A stretch of 64,000 bases of DNA from Acidimicrobiia bacterium (GCA_035249605.1 DATFGI010000065.1:7208-71207); one strand, 5' to 3'. Shown: positions 18,280-28,253, numbered from the stretch's first letter. Notes: generated by a model not told the origin, from the sequence alone. Program-made: numbers and translations.

Positions 18280-19662
18280 CTAGCCGATCAGGGTCTTCTC
18301 GATGATGTCGATCGCGTGATCGACGTGGTCGACGGTGGTGCGTCGGTTGAGGATGGCAAGACGGAGGACGAAGCGCCCGTCGATGATGGTGGGGCTGAGA
18401 TGGACCCGTCTCTCGGCGTTGACCGCGGCCAGGGCCTCCCTTCCCCGGTCGTCGTCCTCGAAGCGGAAGGCGACGATGGAGAGGTCTGGCTCCCATGTTG
18501 TGTCGATCCCGGCGATGCCAGAGAGCCGGCGGTGGGCGTGCTCGGCCAGGTCGAGGCTGTGGTCGAGGGCGTCGCGGAAGGGGGCGACGCCATGGAGCTG
18601 GAGCGGCAGCCACACCGAGAGGCCACGGAAGGGCCGACTCAGCTCCGGACCCAGCGAGGCGATGTCGCGGATCCCGTTGTAGGAGTCGTCGTCCCGGAGG
18701 TAGGCGCCCCGGCCCAGGTGGGCGTCGACCAGATCCGACTCCTGTCGCACGATCAGGGCACCGACACCGAAGGGGATTGACAAGCCCTTGTGCGGGTCGA
18801 GGGCGATTGAGTCGGCCCGCTCGATCCCGGCGAGAGCCCGACGTCCCCTCTCGGTGAGTTGGAAAAAGCCGCCGTAGGCGGCGTCGACATGCACCCAGAC
18901 GTCGTTGGCGTCTGCGACATCGATGATCTCGGGGAGCCGGTCGACCGTGCCGGTGTCGGTGGTCCCCGCCGAGGCGATCACCAGGAAGGGCTCCCTCCCC
19001 GCTGCCAGGTCGGCGATGATCCGGCTCTCCAGCGCCTCCGGGGACATTCGCAACTCCTCGTCGACGTCGACACCCACCACTTGCTCGTTGCGGAACCCGG
19101 CGAGGCGGGCTGCTTTGGCCGCGGAGTGGTGGGTGTGGGCGGTGACGTAGATGACGCCGTTGGTGAAGTGGTCACCCAGCTTGGCGTTGCGGGCGGTGAC
19201 CACCCCGGTGAAATTGGCCATCGAGCCGCCCGAGAGGAGCAGACCGGAGCTCTCGGCTCCGTACTCGAAGATCGAACAGAGCCAGTCCACGACTCCGTAC
19301 TCGATGGCGGAGAACCCGGGTGCGGCGGTGGCGACACCGGTGTACCGGTTGAGCCCGGCAGCGAGGAAGTTGGCGACCGCACCGGTGTACAGGCCTGCGT
19401 TGGGGATGTAGGAGAGGTGGCCGCCGGAGGGATGCATGTGGCCGTCACGACCGGCCCGTTCCACGTCGGCCATGATCGAGTCGAGAGATCTTCCCTCCTC
19501 CGCCGGCGGCTCTCGAAAGGCAGCGAGCTCGTTGGCGTCGAGCTCGAGACCATGGGCCGGCATGGTCGCGGCGGCGTCATACCAATCGTTGAGATAGGCG
19601 AGGACCGCCTCGGTCATCTCCGACCGGGCTGAGCGGTCCGGCTCCAGTGGATGGGCCATCAT
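18280..19662 (-). CDS. PLP-dependent group II (aromatic-L-amino-acid/glutamate-type) decarboxylase
   Basis: ...SGGSMANFTG..., HVDAAYGGF, and the PLP-lysine motif DPHKGLSIP. Start set at MMAHPLE (19662), which leaves a divergent spacer. Confidence 0.8.
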   Translation of the reverse strand: MMAHPLEPDRSARSEMTEAVLAYLNDWYDAAATMPAHGLELDANELAAFREPPAEEGRSLDSIMADVERAGRDGHMHPSGGHLSYIPNAGLYTGAVANFLAAGLNRYTGVATAAPGFSAIEYGVVDWLCSIFEYGAESSGLLLSGGSMANFTGVVTARNAKLGDHFTNGVIYVTAHTHHSAAKAARLAGFRNEQVVGVDVDEELRMSPEALESRIIADLAAGREPFLVIASAGTTDTGTVDRLPEIIDVADANDVWVHVDAAYGGFFQLTERGRRALAGIERADSIALDPHKGLSIPFGVGALIVRQESDLVDAHLGRGAYLRDDDSYNGIRDIASLGPELSRPFRGLSVWLPLQLHGVAPFRDALDHSLDLAEHAHRRLSGIAGIDTTWEPDLSIVAFRFEDDDRGREALAAVNAERRVHLSPTIIDGRFVLRLAILNRRTTVDHVDHAIDIIEKTLIG

Positions 19663-19728
19663 CGGCCAAGCTAATAGCGGCGACGGGCCACTGCGTAGTC
19701 GGCGACCGCCCATCTACGATCCCTGGCG

Positions 19729-21015
19729 ATGGCAACCGAGTTCGATCGTCTCCGTCTTCTCTGGCCCGACCATCTCGGCCTGGCCCGGGGCAAGTATCTG
19801 ACCCCCCGCAAGGCTGCCGAGGGGACGGCCCATTGCATCGCCCTGTTCACCCTGGGCTTCGACCGGGAGATGATCCCGCACGATGCCGGCTTCTTCTGGG
19901 AGGGTCTACCCGACTGCGACGCGGTGTTCGATGAGAGCGCGATCAGACCCGGCTGGCAGGAGGGGACCGCCGTGGTCATACCCGATATCGTCCGACAGGG
20001 CCAGCCGGTTCCGGTTGCGCCACGCAACGTCCTCAAGCAGGCCATAGCCAAATGGGAGGCCAAGGGGCTCCATCCCAAGGTGGGTATCGAGCTCGAGGGC
20101 TGGTTGTACGAGCCCGATCAGAACGGGGGGTGGAGGCCGATCAGCACCCCTGGCGCCTATGTCTACGGGACGGGGTCAGCCGTCGACCCCAGCGGGACCA
20201 TCGACGAGATCATGGATGTGGCCGCGAGAGCCGAGCTGCCGCTGGAGTCGGTGAACAGCGAGTACGACAATGGCCTCTTCGAGCTCACCCTGGAATACGA
20301 CGACGCTCTCGAGGCCGCCGACGAGGCATTCCTCTTCAAGGTCATGGCCAAAGAGGTGGCCACACGACGGGGCATGCACCTCACCTTCATGGGCAAGCCG
20401 ATCAACGGCCGGGGGGGAGCCGGTCTCCATGTCAATCTCTCCTTCGAGGACGACAACGGGACCAACACTCTCTCCGACCCCGAGTCCGAGGATGGGCTCA
20501 GCGAGATGGCCCGTTCGGTCATGGCGGGCATGCTCCATCACCACGTCGGGATGACCGCCCTCCTGGCGCCAACGGTGAACTCCTACAAGCGTCTGCAGCC
20601 CGGGTCGCTCTGCGGCTATTGGGCCAACTGGGGATACGACCACCGCGGCGTGACGGTGCGGGTCCCCCCGGCTAGGGGCCCGGGGACCCGGCTGGAGCAC
20701 CGGGTCGGCGACGCTTCGGTCAATCCGCATCAGGCGATCGCCGCCATACTCACCGCCACCCTGCTCGGGTACGAGAAGGGCTACGAGCTGGCGCCGGTGG
20801 AGACTCTGGACTGCATCGAGCGTGCCTCGACCGATGTGGTGACCCCACCCTCCCTCTCGGCAGCACTCGACGCTCTCGAGGCCGACACCGATCTGGTCGA
20901 GGCCTTCGGCCCGGTCTACGTGGACGGGTTCGTCACGGTGAAGCGCGGCGAGTGGGATCGGTATCAGAGGTGGACGACGGATTGGGAGATGGCCGAGTAC
21001 CTCCCATTCCTGTGA
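19729..21015 (+). CDS. Glutamine synthetase-family gamma-glutamyl ligase (GlnA2-4/PuuA-like)
   Basis: 428 aa. GS catalytic-domain motifs FMGKP...GAGLHVNLS, NSYKRL, RLEHRVGDASVNPH. Confidence 0.85.
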   Translation: MATEFDRLRLLWPDHLGLARGKYLTPRKAAEGTAHCIALFTLGFDREMIPHDAGFFWEGLPDCDAVFDESAIRPGWQEGTAVVIPDIVRQGQPVPVAPRNVLKQAIAKWEAKGLHPKVGIELEGWLYEPDQNGGWRPISTPGAYVYGTGSAVDPSGTIDEIMDVAARAELPLESVNSEYDNGLFELTLEYDDALEAADEAFLFKVMAKEVATRRGMHLTFMGKPINGRGGAGLHVNLSFEDDNGTNTLSDPESEDGLSEMARSVMAGMLHHHVGMTALLAPTVNSYKRLQPGSLCGYWANWGYDHRGVTVRVPPARGPGTRLEHRVGDASVNPHQAIAAILTATLLGYEKGYELAPVETLDCIERASTDVVTPPSLSAALDALEADTDLVEAFGPVYVDGFVTVKRGEWDRYQRWTTDWEMAEYLPFL

Positions 21016-21818
21016 TGGGCGCCTTTCTCTTCCCCCAGACCCCGAGCGGGCGCTCCTCGCTGATCCCTCCGCCTCCCTGGCACTACTCGGGGGAGATGAT
21101 CACCGTGGAGTATCGGACCGACCCCGACCGTGTCGCCGAACTGCTTCCGGAGGGGGCCACCCTCGTCGACGACGACCCGGGCGCGGTCGCCCTGATCTGG
21201 GCCGACTGGCAGAGCTGTGGCGACGACTTCAGCGAAATCCTCGACCCCATCAGAAGTCAGTACAAGGAGTGCTTCGTCGTGATCCGTTGCCGTTGGAACG
21301 ACGAGACCTGGAGCCGCTGTCCCTTCATCTGGGTGGACAAGGACTTCGCCATGGTGCGCGGCTACCACCAGGGTTACCCCAAGAAGATGGGGGACATCTG
21401 GATGACCCGCCCGGTGACGGTCGGTCGCGCCGGGCCCCGTCTCGAGGAGGGGGGCGTGCTCGGGGCAACGGTGAGTGCCGCCGGCTATCGGGTGGCCAAT
21501 GCCCGGATCACCCTCACCGAATCAGTGAGCTCACCGGGCTTCGTCAACTCCCATCCCATGTTGCACAACAGGCGGTGGCCCGCGATCGAGTCGGACGGAT
21601 CGGCATCCATGGACGAGTTGGTGACCATGCGGGGTTACGACGGAGAGATCGCGGACGTGTGGGCCGCCGATGCCGAGCTCGACCTTTTCGAGACGCCGAC
21701 CGAGGAGCTGGCCCTCCTCCAGCCCGGCGAGATCATCGGCGGCTTCTACCACCGCGTCGGAGTGTCCTGGAGGGGAGGCACCACCCTCGCTCGGGCCGAT
21801 CAGTCGACGGAGCCCTGA
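21015..21818 (+). CDS. Acetoacetate decarboxylase (ADC)-family protein
   Basis: PPPWHYSGEMITVEYRTDPDRVAELLPEG is an N-terminus typical of the family. Its ATG overlaps the GS-like stop (TGATG). Confidence 0.75.
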   Translation: MGAFLFPQTPSGRSSLIPPPPWHYSGEMITVEYRTDPDRVAELLPEGATLVDDDPGAVALIWADWQSCGDDFSEILDPIRSQYKECFVVIRCRWNDETWSRCPFIWVDKDFAMVRGYHQGYPKKMGDIWMTRPVTVGRAGPRLEEGGVLGATVSAAGYRVANARITLTESVSSPGFVNSHPMLHNRRWPAIESDGSASMDELVTMRGYDGEIADVWAADAELDLFETPTEELALLQPGEIIGGFYHRVGVSWRGGTTLARADQSTEP

Positions 21819-23263
21819 CTTATCTGCAGTGTCTTCAGGTCGGAGTGGAAGTCGAGGGCGTAGTCGCCGCCCTCGCGTCCGATCCCCGAGATTCGGCAGC
21901 CCCCGAAAGGGGCGGTGAGATCCCGCACCAGGAACGTGTTGACCCAGACGGTCCCGGCGCGGATGGCCGACCCCACCCGATGCGCTCGCTCCTCCGAGCC
22001 GGTGTACACGATTCCGGAGAGCCCGTAGACAGTCGAATTTGCCAGCTCGACGGCCTCCGACTCGTCGGCAAACGTCTGGAAAGTCAGCACCGGGCCGAAG
22101 ACCTCTCGCTGCACCACCTCCGAGTAGTTGTCCTTGGGTGAGATCAACGTCGGCTCGTACCAGAGCCCATCGTCTTTCCAGCGCTCCCCGCCCCGCAGCA
22201 CCCGATCACCCGCCTCCCGCGCCCGACTCACGAATCCCTCGACCCGGGCCATGTGCGAGGGGTGGATCATCGGGGAGATGGTGGTGGTCGGGTTGCGGCT
22301 GTCGCCGAGAACGTGCTTGTCGGTGTGGGCGTTGAACATGTCCAGGAACTCGTCGGCCACCGACTCCTCGACCAGGAGCCGGGTCCCGGCCAGACAGACC
22401 TGTCCCGAGTCGTCGTACTGCCCTGCCGCCTTCTTGGCGGCAGCGTCCAGGTCGGAGTCGGCGAAGACCACCAGGGGCCCCTTGCCCCCCAGCTCGGCGG
22501 TGAAGGGGACGATGTTGCGTGCCGCCGCGACTCCGATGTGACGGGCGGTCTCGGGTGAGCCAGTGAAGGAGATCCGCCGCACCCGGCGATCGGAGACCAG
22601 GGCCGCACCCACTTCCTCGCCGATGCCCTGGACGACGTTGAGGACCCCGGGAGGAAGCCCGGCCTCGGTGGCGAGATCTGCCAGCAACGATGCGGAGAGC
22701 GGCGCCCACTCGGCAGGCTTGAGGATGACAGGGTTGCCTGCGGCGAGAGCAGGGGCGAGCTTCCATGTGGAGAGGAGAAAAGGGGCGTTCCACGGAGTGA
22801 TGATCACGGCGGGGCCTGCGGGCATCCGCTCCACGAAGTTGTCGGTCCCCTTCGAGGACCACCGCCGGCCCTGGTAGCCGGCGGCAAGATCGGCGTAGTT
22901 GCGGAAGTTCTCCGCACCCCGGTGGATGACCCGGGCCTGGAGGCTGTCCAGCAGCATGGCCATGTCGACGCACTCCACCGTGGCCAGGGCGTCGATGTTC
23001 TCGTCGATGACATCGGCAAGCCTGTGGAGATGGGCGGCGCGTTCGGTGGGGGAGAGGGCGGACCAGTGCGGGAAGGCCTCCACCGCTGCGGTCACCGCTC
23101 GGTCGGCGGTGAGGGCATCACCCCGAGCGACGTCGGCCAGCTTCCAATCCCAATCCAGCGGGGAGCGCACCTCGAACGTGGTGGCGGAGGAGACGCGCTT
23201 GCCCCCGATGAAATGGTCGGGAGAGACGGCGATGTCGGAGACTTCTGCTCTTGATGAGGGCAT
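21800..23263 (-). CDS. NAD(P)-dependent aldehyde dehydrogenase
   Basis: FTGSPETA, ELGGKGP, and the catalytic GQVCLAGTR. Start at the internal ATG (MPSSRAEV). The 3' end overlaps the ADC-like gene by 19 nt (convergent). Confidence 0.9.
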   Translation of the reverse strand: MPSSRAEVSDIAVSPDHFIGGKRVSSATTFEVRSPLDWDWKLADVARGDALTADRAVTAAVEAFPHWSALSPTERAAHLHRLADVIDENIDALATVECVDMAMLLDSLQARVIHRGAENFRNYADLAAGYQGRRWSSKGTDNFVERMPAGPAVIITPWNAPFLLSTWKLAPALAAGNPVILKPAEWAPLSASLLADLATEAGLPPGVLNVVQGIGEEVGAALVSDRRVRRISFTGSPETARHIGVAAARNIVPFTAELGGKGPLVVFADSDLDAAAKKAAGQYDDSGQVCLAGTRLLVEESVADEFLDMFNAHTDKHVLGDSRNPTTTISPMIHPSHMARVEGFVSRAREAGDRVLRGGERWKDDGLWYEPTLISPKDNYSEVVQREVFGPVLTFQTFADESEAVELANSTVYGLSGIVYTGSEERAHRVGSAIRAGTVWVNTFLVRDLTAPFGGCRISGIGREGGDYALDFHSDLKTLQISQGSVD

Positions 23264-23397
23264 ATACCGGGTCCGCTGGCTTCCGGGTCCAAGGATAAAC
23301 TGGCTGCTCAGATGCCACGTCCGCTGCACGCACACGACCCCGAGGAGGTGCTGGAGTCGGAGCGTGTCGTCAGCTACCGAACGACTCAGGAGGAGCC

Positions 23398-24273
23398 ATG
23401 GGTGAGATCGTCGGCGTCGGGCTGATCAGCCACGCCCCCACCATCATGTTCGACGAGCAGACTCGTCGGGAGCTGAACGACGGCAAGGAGATCAGCCTGG
23501 TGCCCGGTCTGGTCCGCCTTCGCAAAGAGGTGTTGGACCGTCTCCGACCCGACACCATCGTGATCATCGACTCGCACTGGGTCAGCACCGTGGAGCACAT
23601 CCTGTCTGCCCACGACCGACGTCAGGGGAAGATGACCTCTTCGGAGCTCCCCAGAGGGATGGCCGGCATCCCCTATGACTATGCCGGCGACCCTGAGCTG
23701 GCCAAGCTGGCCGCCAAGATGGGAGAGGAGTTGGGCACTCCGACGCTCGCCACCGAGGACGACCACCTGCCCGTCTACTACGCCACGGTCAACCTGGTCC
23801 ATTACCTCCACGGCGGGGAGCAGGTGGTCTCCATCTCGGTTGTCCAGACCGGTGAGCGGGATGACTTCCTGACGATGGGGGAGGCGATCGGAGAGGCGGT
23901 GGGACGGCTCGATCGTCGGGTGGTGGTCCTGGCCTCTGGTGGGATGAGCCACACGTTCTGGCCACTCTCCCAACTCTCCAAGCACGAGGCTTCCGACCCG
24001 GTGCACATCATCACCCCCGAAGCCCGTGCCGCCGACGAGAAGCGCCTCGAGTGGATGGAGGCGGGTGACCATCGCCGCATCGTGGAGACCATGGACGAGT
24101 ACATGGAGCACAGCCCCGAAGGTGGCTTCGGCCACTACCTCATGATGCTGGGCGCGGTGGGAGGCGCCGACTGCACGGCCCCTGGCGAGCTCTTCTCCGA
24201 GTACGAGAACGCCACCGGCACCGGCCAGGTCCACGTCTGGTTCGAACGGCCCTCCGGCGGTTGGACCGCCTGA
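23398..24273 (+). CDS. Class III extradiol ring-cleavage dioxygenase (LigB family)
   Basis: 291 aa. GLISHAPTIMF, IVIIDSHW, LASGGMSHTF. SD AGGAGG upstream. Confidence 0.75.
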   Translation: MGEIVGVGLISHAPTIMFDEQTRRELNDGKEISLVPGLVRLRKEVLDRLRPDTIVIIDSHWVSTVEHILSAHDRRQGKMTSSELPRGMAGIPYDYAGDPELAKLAAKMGEELGTPTLATEDDHLPVYYATVNLVHYLHGGEQVVSISVVQTGERDDFLTMGEAIGEAVGRLDRRVVVLASGGMSHTFWPLSQLSKHEASDPVHIITPEARAADEKRLEWMEAGDHRRIVETMDEYMEHSPEGGFGHYLMMLGAVGGADCTAPGELFSEYENATGTGQVHVWFERPSGGWTA

Positions 24274-24323
24274 GCGGACCCGACCTCCCGGCCGAGGAGG
24301 GGGTCCCATGCCACAATCAGGAC

Positions 24324-25805
24324 ATGGTCGTGTGGACAGAGACCGGTGACATCGGCGCCCGCTTGCGCCGTCTCGCCGCGGCCCTCGACTCCATCCCCGA
24401 AGCGCGGGAGGAATGGCCCTTCTCCACTGATGTCGGCCGACTGGCCCGGTCTGTGCGGGATTACCTGCTCCCCAGGGTCGAAAACACCTCGCGGCCGCTG
24501 ACAGTGGTAATCGCCGGGCCCACCGGGGCGGGTAAGTCGACACTGCTCAACTCGATCGCGGGCGCCGACGTCTCGTCCACGGGAGCCCTTCGCCCCACCA
24601 CCCGGGCACCGGTCGCCCTCGTGGCCGAAGAGCACGCCGATGACCATCGGGAGATCGGGGGCGTCGAGTGTCAGTTGGTGACCGGCGGGGCACCGATCCT
24701 GAAGTCGATGACTCTGGTCGACACACCCGATGTCGACTCCACCGAGACCAACCATCGGATCGTCGCCGAGACGCTGGTGGATCACGCAGACATCGTGGTC
24801 TTCGTCACCTCGGCACTTCGCTACGCCGACGCCGTGCCCTGGCAGGTCCTGCGCAGGGCCCGGGCCCGGGGCACCGACGTCATCACGGTCCTCAACAGGA
24901 TTTCCCCGGCCACCGCGGGCGCCATGGTCGATTTCAGGACGCGTCTCACCGCAGCCGGGCTCGGTGACCATCTGTTGACCATCCCCGAGCATCATCTGGC
25001 CCCGGAAGCCGACCGCCTTCCGGGGTTGGCGGTCCGCTCCCTGCGAAAGCGACTGGTCGGCATCGCATCCAGCAGAGAGGCCCATGCCGCGGCGACCCTG
25101 CAACGGGTGACGGCGGCGACCGCGGCGCAGGTCGGAGCTCTGGTCGACGAGATCGAGCAACTGATCGAGCGCCGTGACGAGTTCCACGACGAGCTGTCAT
25201 TCGATCTGAGCAGCGAGCTCGAGGCGATCGCACTCCACGGCGTCACCGCCGGTTTTCACGAGGAGCTTCCGGAGGCGGGTTCGGGCCTTCGGATTTCCCG
25301 CTGGCTTCGACGTAACCGGAGACGGCCCGAGGAGATACCCCCCCTCGAGACGAGACTTGCGGACCGACTGACCAGTTTGGTCCGCGGGGAGATGAGACGT
25401 CTGGTGGAGGGCTATCAGCCGACGCCCCGCCGAGAGGCGATAACCGATGTGGTCGACAGCCAGTTGGCGACTGCGGTGCCATCGCCCGTCTCTGAGTGGC
25501 TGTCCTTCGTGCGCCGTATCGGCGAGCCCCAGCCCGGTCGGCAATGGTCGGCAGAAGCGGCCCTTGTCGACTCGGCGTGCTCGGGGAGGGTCACGGCCGA
25601 GGCCGATGTGCTCTTCGGGGCAGATGCCGGTGCCCTCGTGGAACGGGCACGACGGGAGTTGGTCGGCCGACTGCAGGTGATCGGTGCCGGCGTGGCCGCT
25701 GGGATCACCGACCTGGCGTACCCCGGGCTGGGCGAGGTCGATCTCGAGGGTTTGCGCTCGGCCCACGCTGCACTGGTGTCGCGCCTTGCCCTCGTTCATG
25801 CGTGA
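24324..25805 (+). CDS. P-loop GTPase, dynamin-like/HSR1-type, paralog A
   Basis: G1 IAGPTGAGKST, G2-like LRPTTRAP, G3 LVDTPDVDS, G4-like VLNRIS. Long helical C-terminal half. Start uncertain: ATG 24324 chosen, the track ORF starts at 24261. Confidence 0.65.
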   Translation: MVVWTETGDIGARLRRLAAALDSIPEAREEWPFSTDVGRLARSVRDYLLPRVENTSRPLTVVIAGPTGAGKSTLLNSIAGADVSSTGALRPTTRAPVALVAEEHADDHREIGGVECQLVTGGAPILKSMTLVDTPDVDSTETNHRIVAETLVDHADIVVFVTSALRYADAVPWQVLRRARARGTDVITVLNRISPATAGAMVDFRTRLTAAGLGDHLLTIPEHHLAPEADRLPGLAVRSLRKRLVGIASSREAHAAATLQRVTAATAAQVGALVDEIEQLIERRDEFHDELSFDLSSELEAIALHGVTAGFHEELPEAGSGLRISRWLRRNRRRPEEIPPLETRLADRLTSLVRGEMRRLVEGYQPTPRREAITDVVDSQLATAVPSPVSEWLSFVRRIGEPQPGRQWSAEAALVDSACSGRVTAEADVLFGADAGALVERARRELVGRLQVIGAGVAAGITDLAYPGLGEVDLEGLRSAHAALVSRLALVHA

Positions 25806-27000
25806 CCTGCTGCACGGACTGCTCGAACACGCTGACCTGGCATTGGCCTCCTGCGATGGGGTTCTGCAAGCCTCGGCGCTGGCCCCGCTGACCGACTCGA
25901 TTGCCGCGGTGCGGGCCCGTTTGTCGTATCCCGACGATGTCGCGGTGATCGCCCTGGCAGGCGGCACCGGCTCGGGCAAGTCATCACTGTTCAACGCCTA
26001 CATCGGAGAGGAAGGCGCCGATGTCGGGGGGATGCGTCCCACCACGAGTGCGCCCCTGGCCGCTGTTCCCACCGGGCGTTCCGATGCGATGGCCGGATAC
26101 CTGGACAGGATCGGGATCGAAGATCGGATGACCCATTCCGGGAAGGAGATCTGTCTCATCGACCTCCCCGACACCGACAGTGTCGAGCTCGACCACCGCC
26201 ACCAAGTCGATGCGCTCCTCGGTGTCGTCGACCTGGTGATCTGGGTAGTCGACCCGGAGAAGTACCGGGACGCCCGGCTCCACCAGGACTACCTGCGGCC
26301 GATGGCGCCCTATGCGAGCCAGTTCCTGTTCGTCCTCAACCAGATCGATCGGCTCCAACGCGATGATCTGCATGCGGTCGAGACCGACTTGAGAGCTGCG
26401 CTCGTAGACGATGGCATCAACGAACCCGTGCTGGTGGCGATGGCAGCCAGCCCCCCGGCCGGGCCGCCGATCGGCCTCGACGCTCTCCATTCGGCAATCG
26501 ACTCCCGTCTTCACGCGGGCGGTGTCGTCTACGACAAGCTGCTCACCGACCTGGAGGCCACCGCGCAGGCTCTGGCCGACGCCACCGGGGTTGGTCTCGA
26601 CTTCGACCGACGTGCCGGAGAAGCGGTGGACGAGGCGGTGGTCCACCTCCTCGCCGGTGAGGAGAGGGCCGCCGGCGAGCGTCTCATAGACCTTCTCGAC
26701 TCGATCGCCTCCGAAGTTGCAGGTCCGAGCGGGGGGCGAATCCGTGCCCTGGCCGCCGATGTGCCCGGGCACATCGCACGGATCGCCTCACAGGTGCAGT
26801 CGTTGCAGCCGACAACCTGGTGGCGGCGGCTCCGTGGTGACGCCGACCGCGCCGAGCCGACTGCTCGGGCACGATCCCTGGTCCAACAGGCGGTGATCAG
26901 ACCGGCCCGCGCCCTGCTCGCCCGTCGTGCCGTGGCGGTGGCGTCCGTGGCCGAGTTGTCTCTGGAGGTGTCGCGGATCAGGGGGATGACAGACCCCTAA
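25798..27000 (+). CDS. P-loop GTPase, dynamin-like/HSR1-type, paralog B
   Basis: G1 LAGGTGSGKSS, MRPTTSAP, G3 LIDLPDTDS, G4 VLNQIDRL. Its ATG overlaps paralog A's stop (ATGCGTGA). Confidence 0.65.
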   Translation: MRDLLHGLLEHADLALASCDGVLQASALAPLTDSIAAVRARLSYPDDVAVIALAGGTGSGKSSLFNAYIGEEGADVGGMRPTTSAPLAAVPTGRSDAMAGYLDRIGIEDRMTHSGKEICLIDLPDTDSVELDHRHQVDALLGVVDLVIWVVDPEKYRDARLHQDYLRPMAPYASQFLFVLNQIDRLQRDDLHAVETDLRAALVDDGINEPVLVAMAASPPAGPPIGLDALHSAIDSRLHAGGVVYDKLLTDLEATAQALADATGVGLDFDRRAGEAVDEAVVHLLAGEERAAGERLIDLLDSIASEVAGPSGGRIRALAADVPGHIARIASQVQSLQPTTWWRRLRGDADRAEPTARARSLVQQAVIRPARALLARRAVAVASVAELSLEVSRIRGMTDP

Positions 27001-28253
27001 GTCGAACGCTGCCCGACGAGATACCACGTCTCCAGCTCACCCTTGCCTTTGACCTGGATAGACCCACGCGGTTCACAATCGAACTCGTCGCCGAGGAGCT
27101 CAAACGTGGCCCGGGTGATCTGGACCCGCCCAGGGGTTCCCTGCGATTCCATCCTGCTGGCCGTGTTGACCGCATCGCCCCAGAGGTCGTAACTGAACCG
27201 TTTGCGGCCGATGACGCCGGCGACGACAGGACCTGAGTTGATACCCACCCGGAGCTCCAGGCCGAGACGGCCGATTTCCGTCTCGGAACGCATCGTGTCG
27301 AGCATGTCGAGAGCCATGAGCGCCATGGCCCGGGCATGATCGGCCCGCGGCGTCGGCACGCCGGCAGCGGCCATGTAGCAATCGCCGATGGTCTTGATCT
27401 TCTCCAGCCCGTACCGGTCGACGATTACGTCGAAATGGCTGAACAGGTGGTCGAGGACACCGACCACCTCGGCGGGTGGGAGACGCTCCGACAGTGGAGT
27501 GAAGTCCACGACATCGGCGAAGAGAATCGATGCAGAGCTGAGTTGATCGGCGATCGGCTGTGTGGACACCTTCAGCCGGTCGGCGATCGAGCGGGGGAGG
27601 ATGTTCAGCAACAAGCCCTCCGACTTGGCCTGTTCGAGACGAAGGGCCGCCAGGGCGTCGCGGCGCTCCTGGGCGAACACCGCGAGGAGGATGAACACGA
27701 TCGCACCCCCGACGACGATGTTGAGGGCGAGCATCGTGGTCGTGAACATCCTGGGGATAGCCGGTGGAATGGCGCCCAGCATCTCGCCGAGGAAACCGGA
27801 GACGAGAAAGACTGCGACAAATGCCACGTACCAGCGGGCCGCGGATCGGACCTCGCTGAACACCAGGGCGCCCAACGGGGCGAGGATGCCCCACAGGCCG
27901 ACTCCGCCCGCCCCGAGGAATCCGCCGAGGGGGATCATCGACAGCGTCGGTGCCAGGAGAATGTCAACCTGGGCCACCCGGAGCAGCATCTGGAAGTCAC
28001 CTGTCTTGGCAAACATTGCCATCGCTCCGAGAAGCACGGCGAAATAGACCAGCGGGACGATGCCGACCGGAGATCCGAACCAGAGGTAGAGGCCGGCCCA
28101 AAGGGCTGCGATCGGCAGGATGATGACCGAGATCAGGACGAGGAGGGCCTTACGGGCGCGGAGATCCTCGTCGTCGTCGGCATCGACACCGATCCGGGCG
28201 AGACGCTCGCGGACGGCCTTGACATAGCCTCGAAGACGGCGAAGCGGATCCAT
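26997..28253 (-). CDS. Membrane-bound class III adenylate/guanylate cyclase
   Basis: Six N-terminal TM segments. Cyclase core ILFADVVDFT, TIGDCYMAAAG, GINSGPVVAGVIG, DLWGDAVNTASRMES. Confidence 0.85.
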   Translation of the reverse strand: MDPLRRLRGYVKAVRERLARIGVDADDDEDLRARKALLVLISVIILPIAALWAGLYLWFGSPVGIVPLVYFAVLLGAMAMFAKTGDFQMLLRVAQVDILLAPTLSMIPLGGFLGAGGVGLWGILAPLGALVFSEVRSAARWYVAFVAVFLVSGFLGEMLGAIPPAIPRMFTTTMLALNIVVGGAIVFILLAVFAQERRDALAALRLEQAKSEGLLLNILPRSIADRLKVSTQPIADQLSSASILFADVVDFTPLSERLPPAEVVGVLDHLFSHFDVIVDRYGLEKIKTIGDCYMAAAGVPTPRADHARAMALMALDMLDTMRSETEIGRLGLELRVGINSGPVVAGVIGRKRFSYDLWGDAVNTASRMESQGTPGRVQITRATFELLGDEFDCEPRGSIQVKGKGELETWYLVGQRST

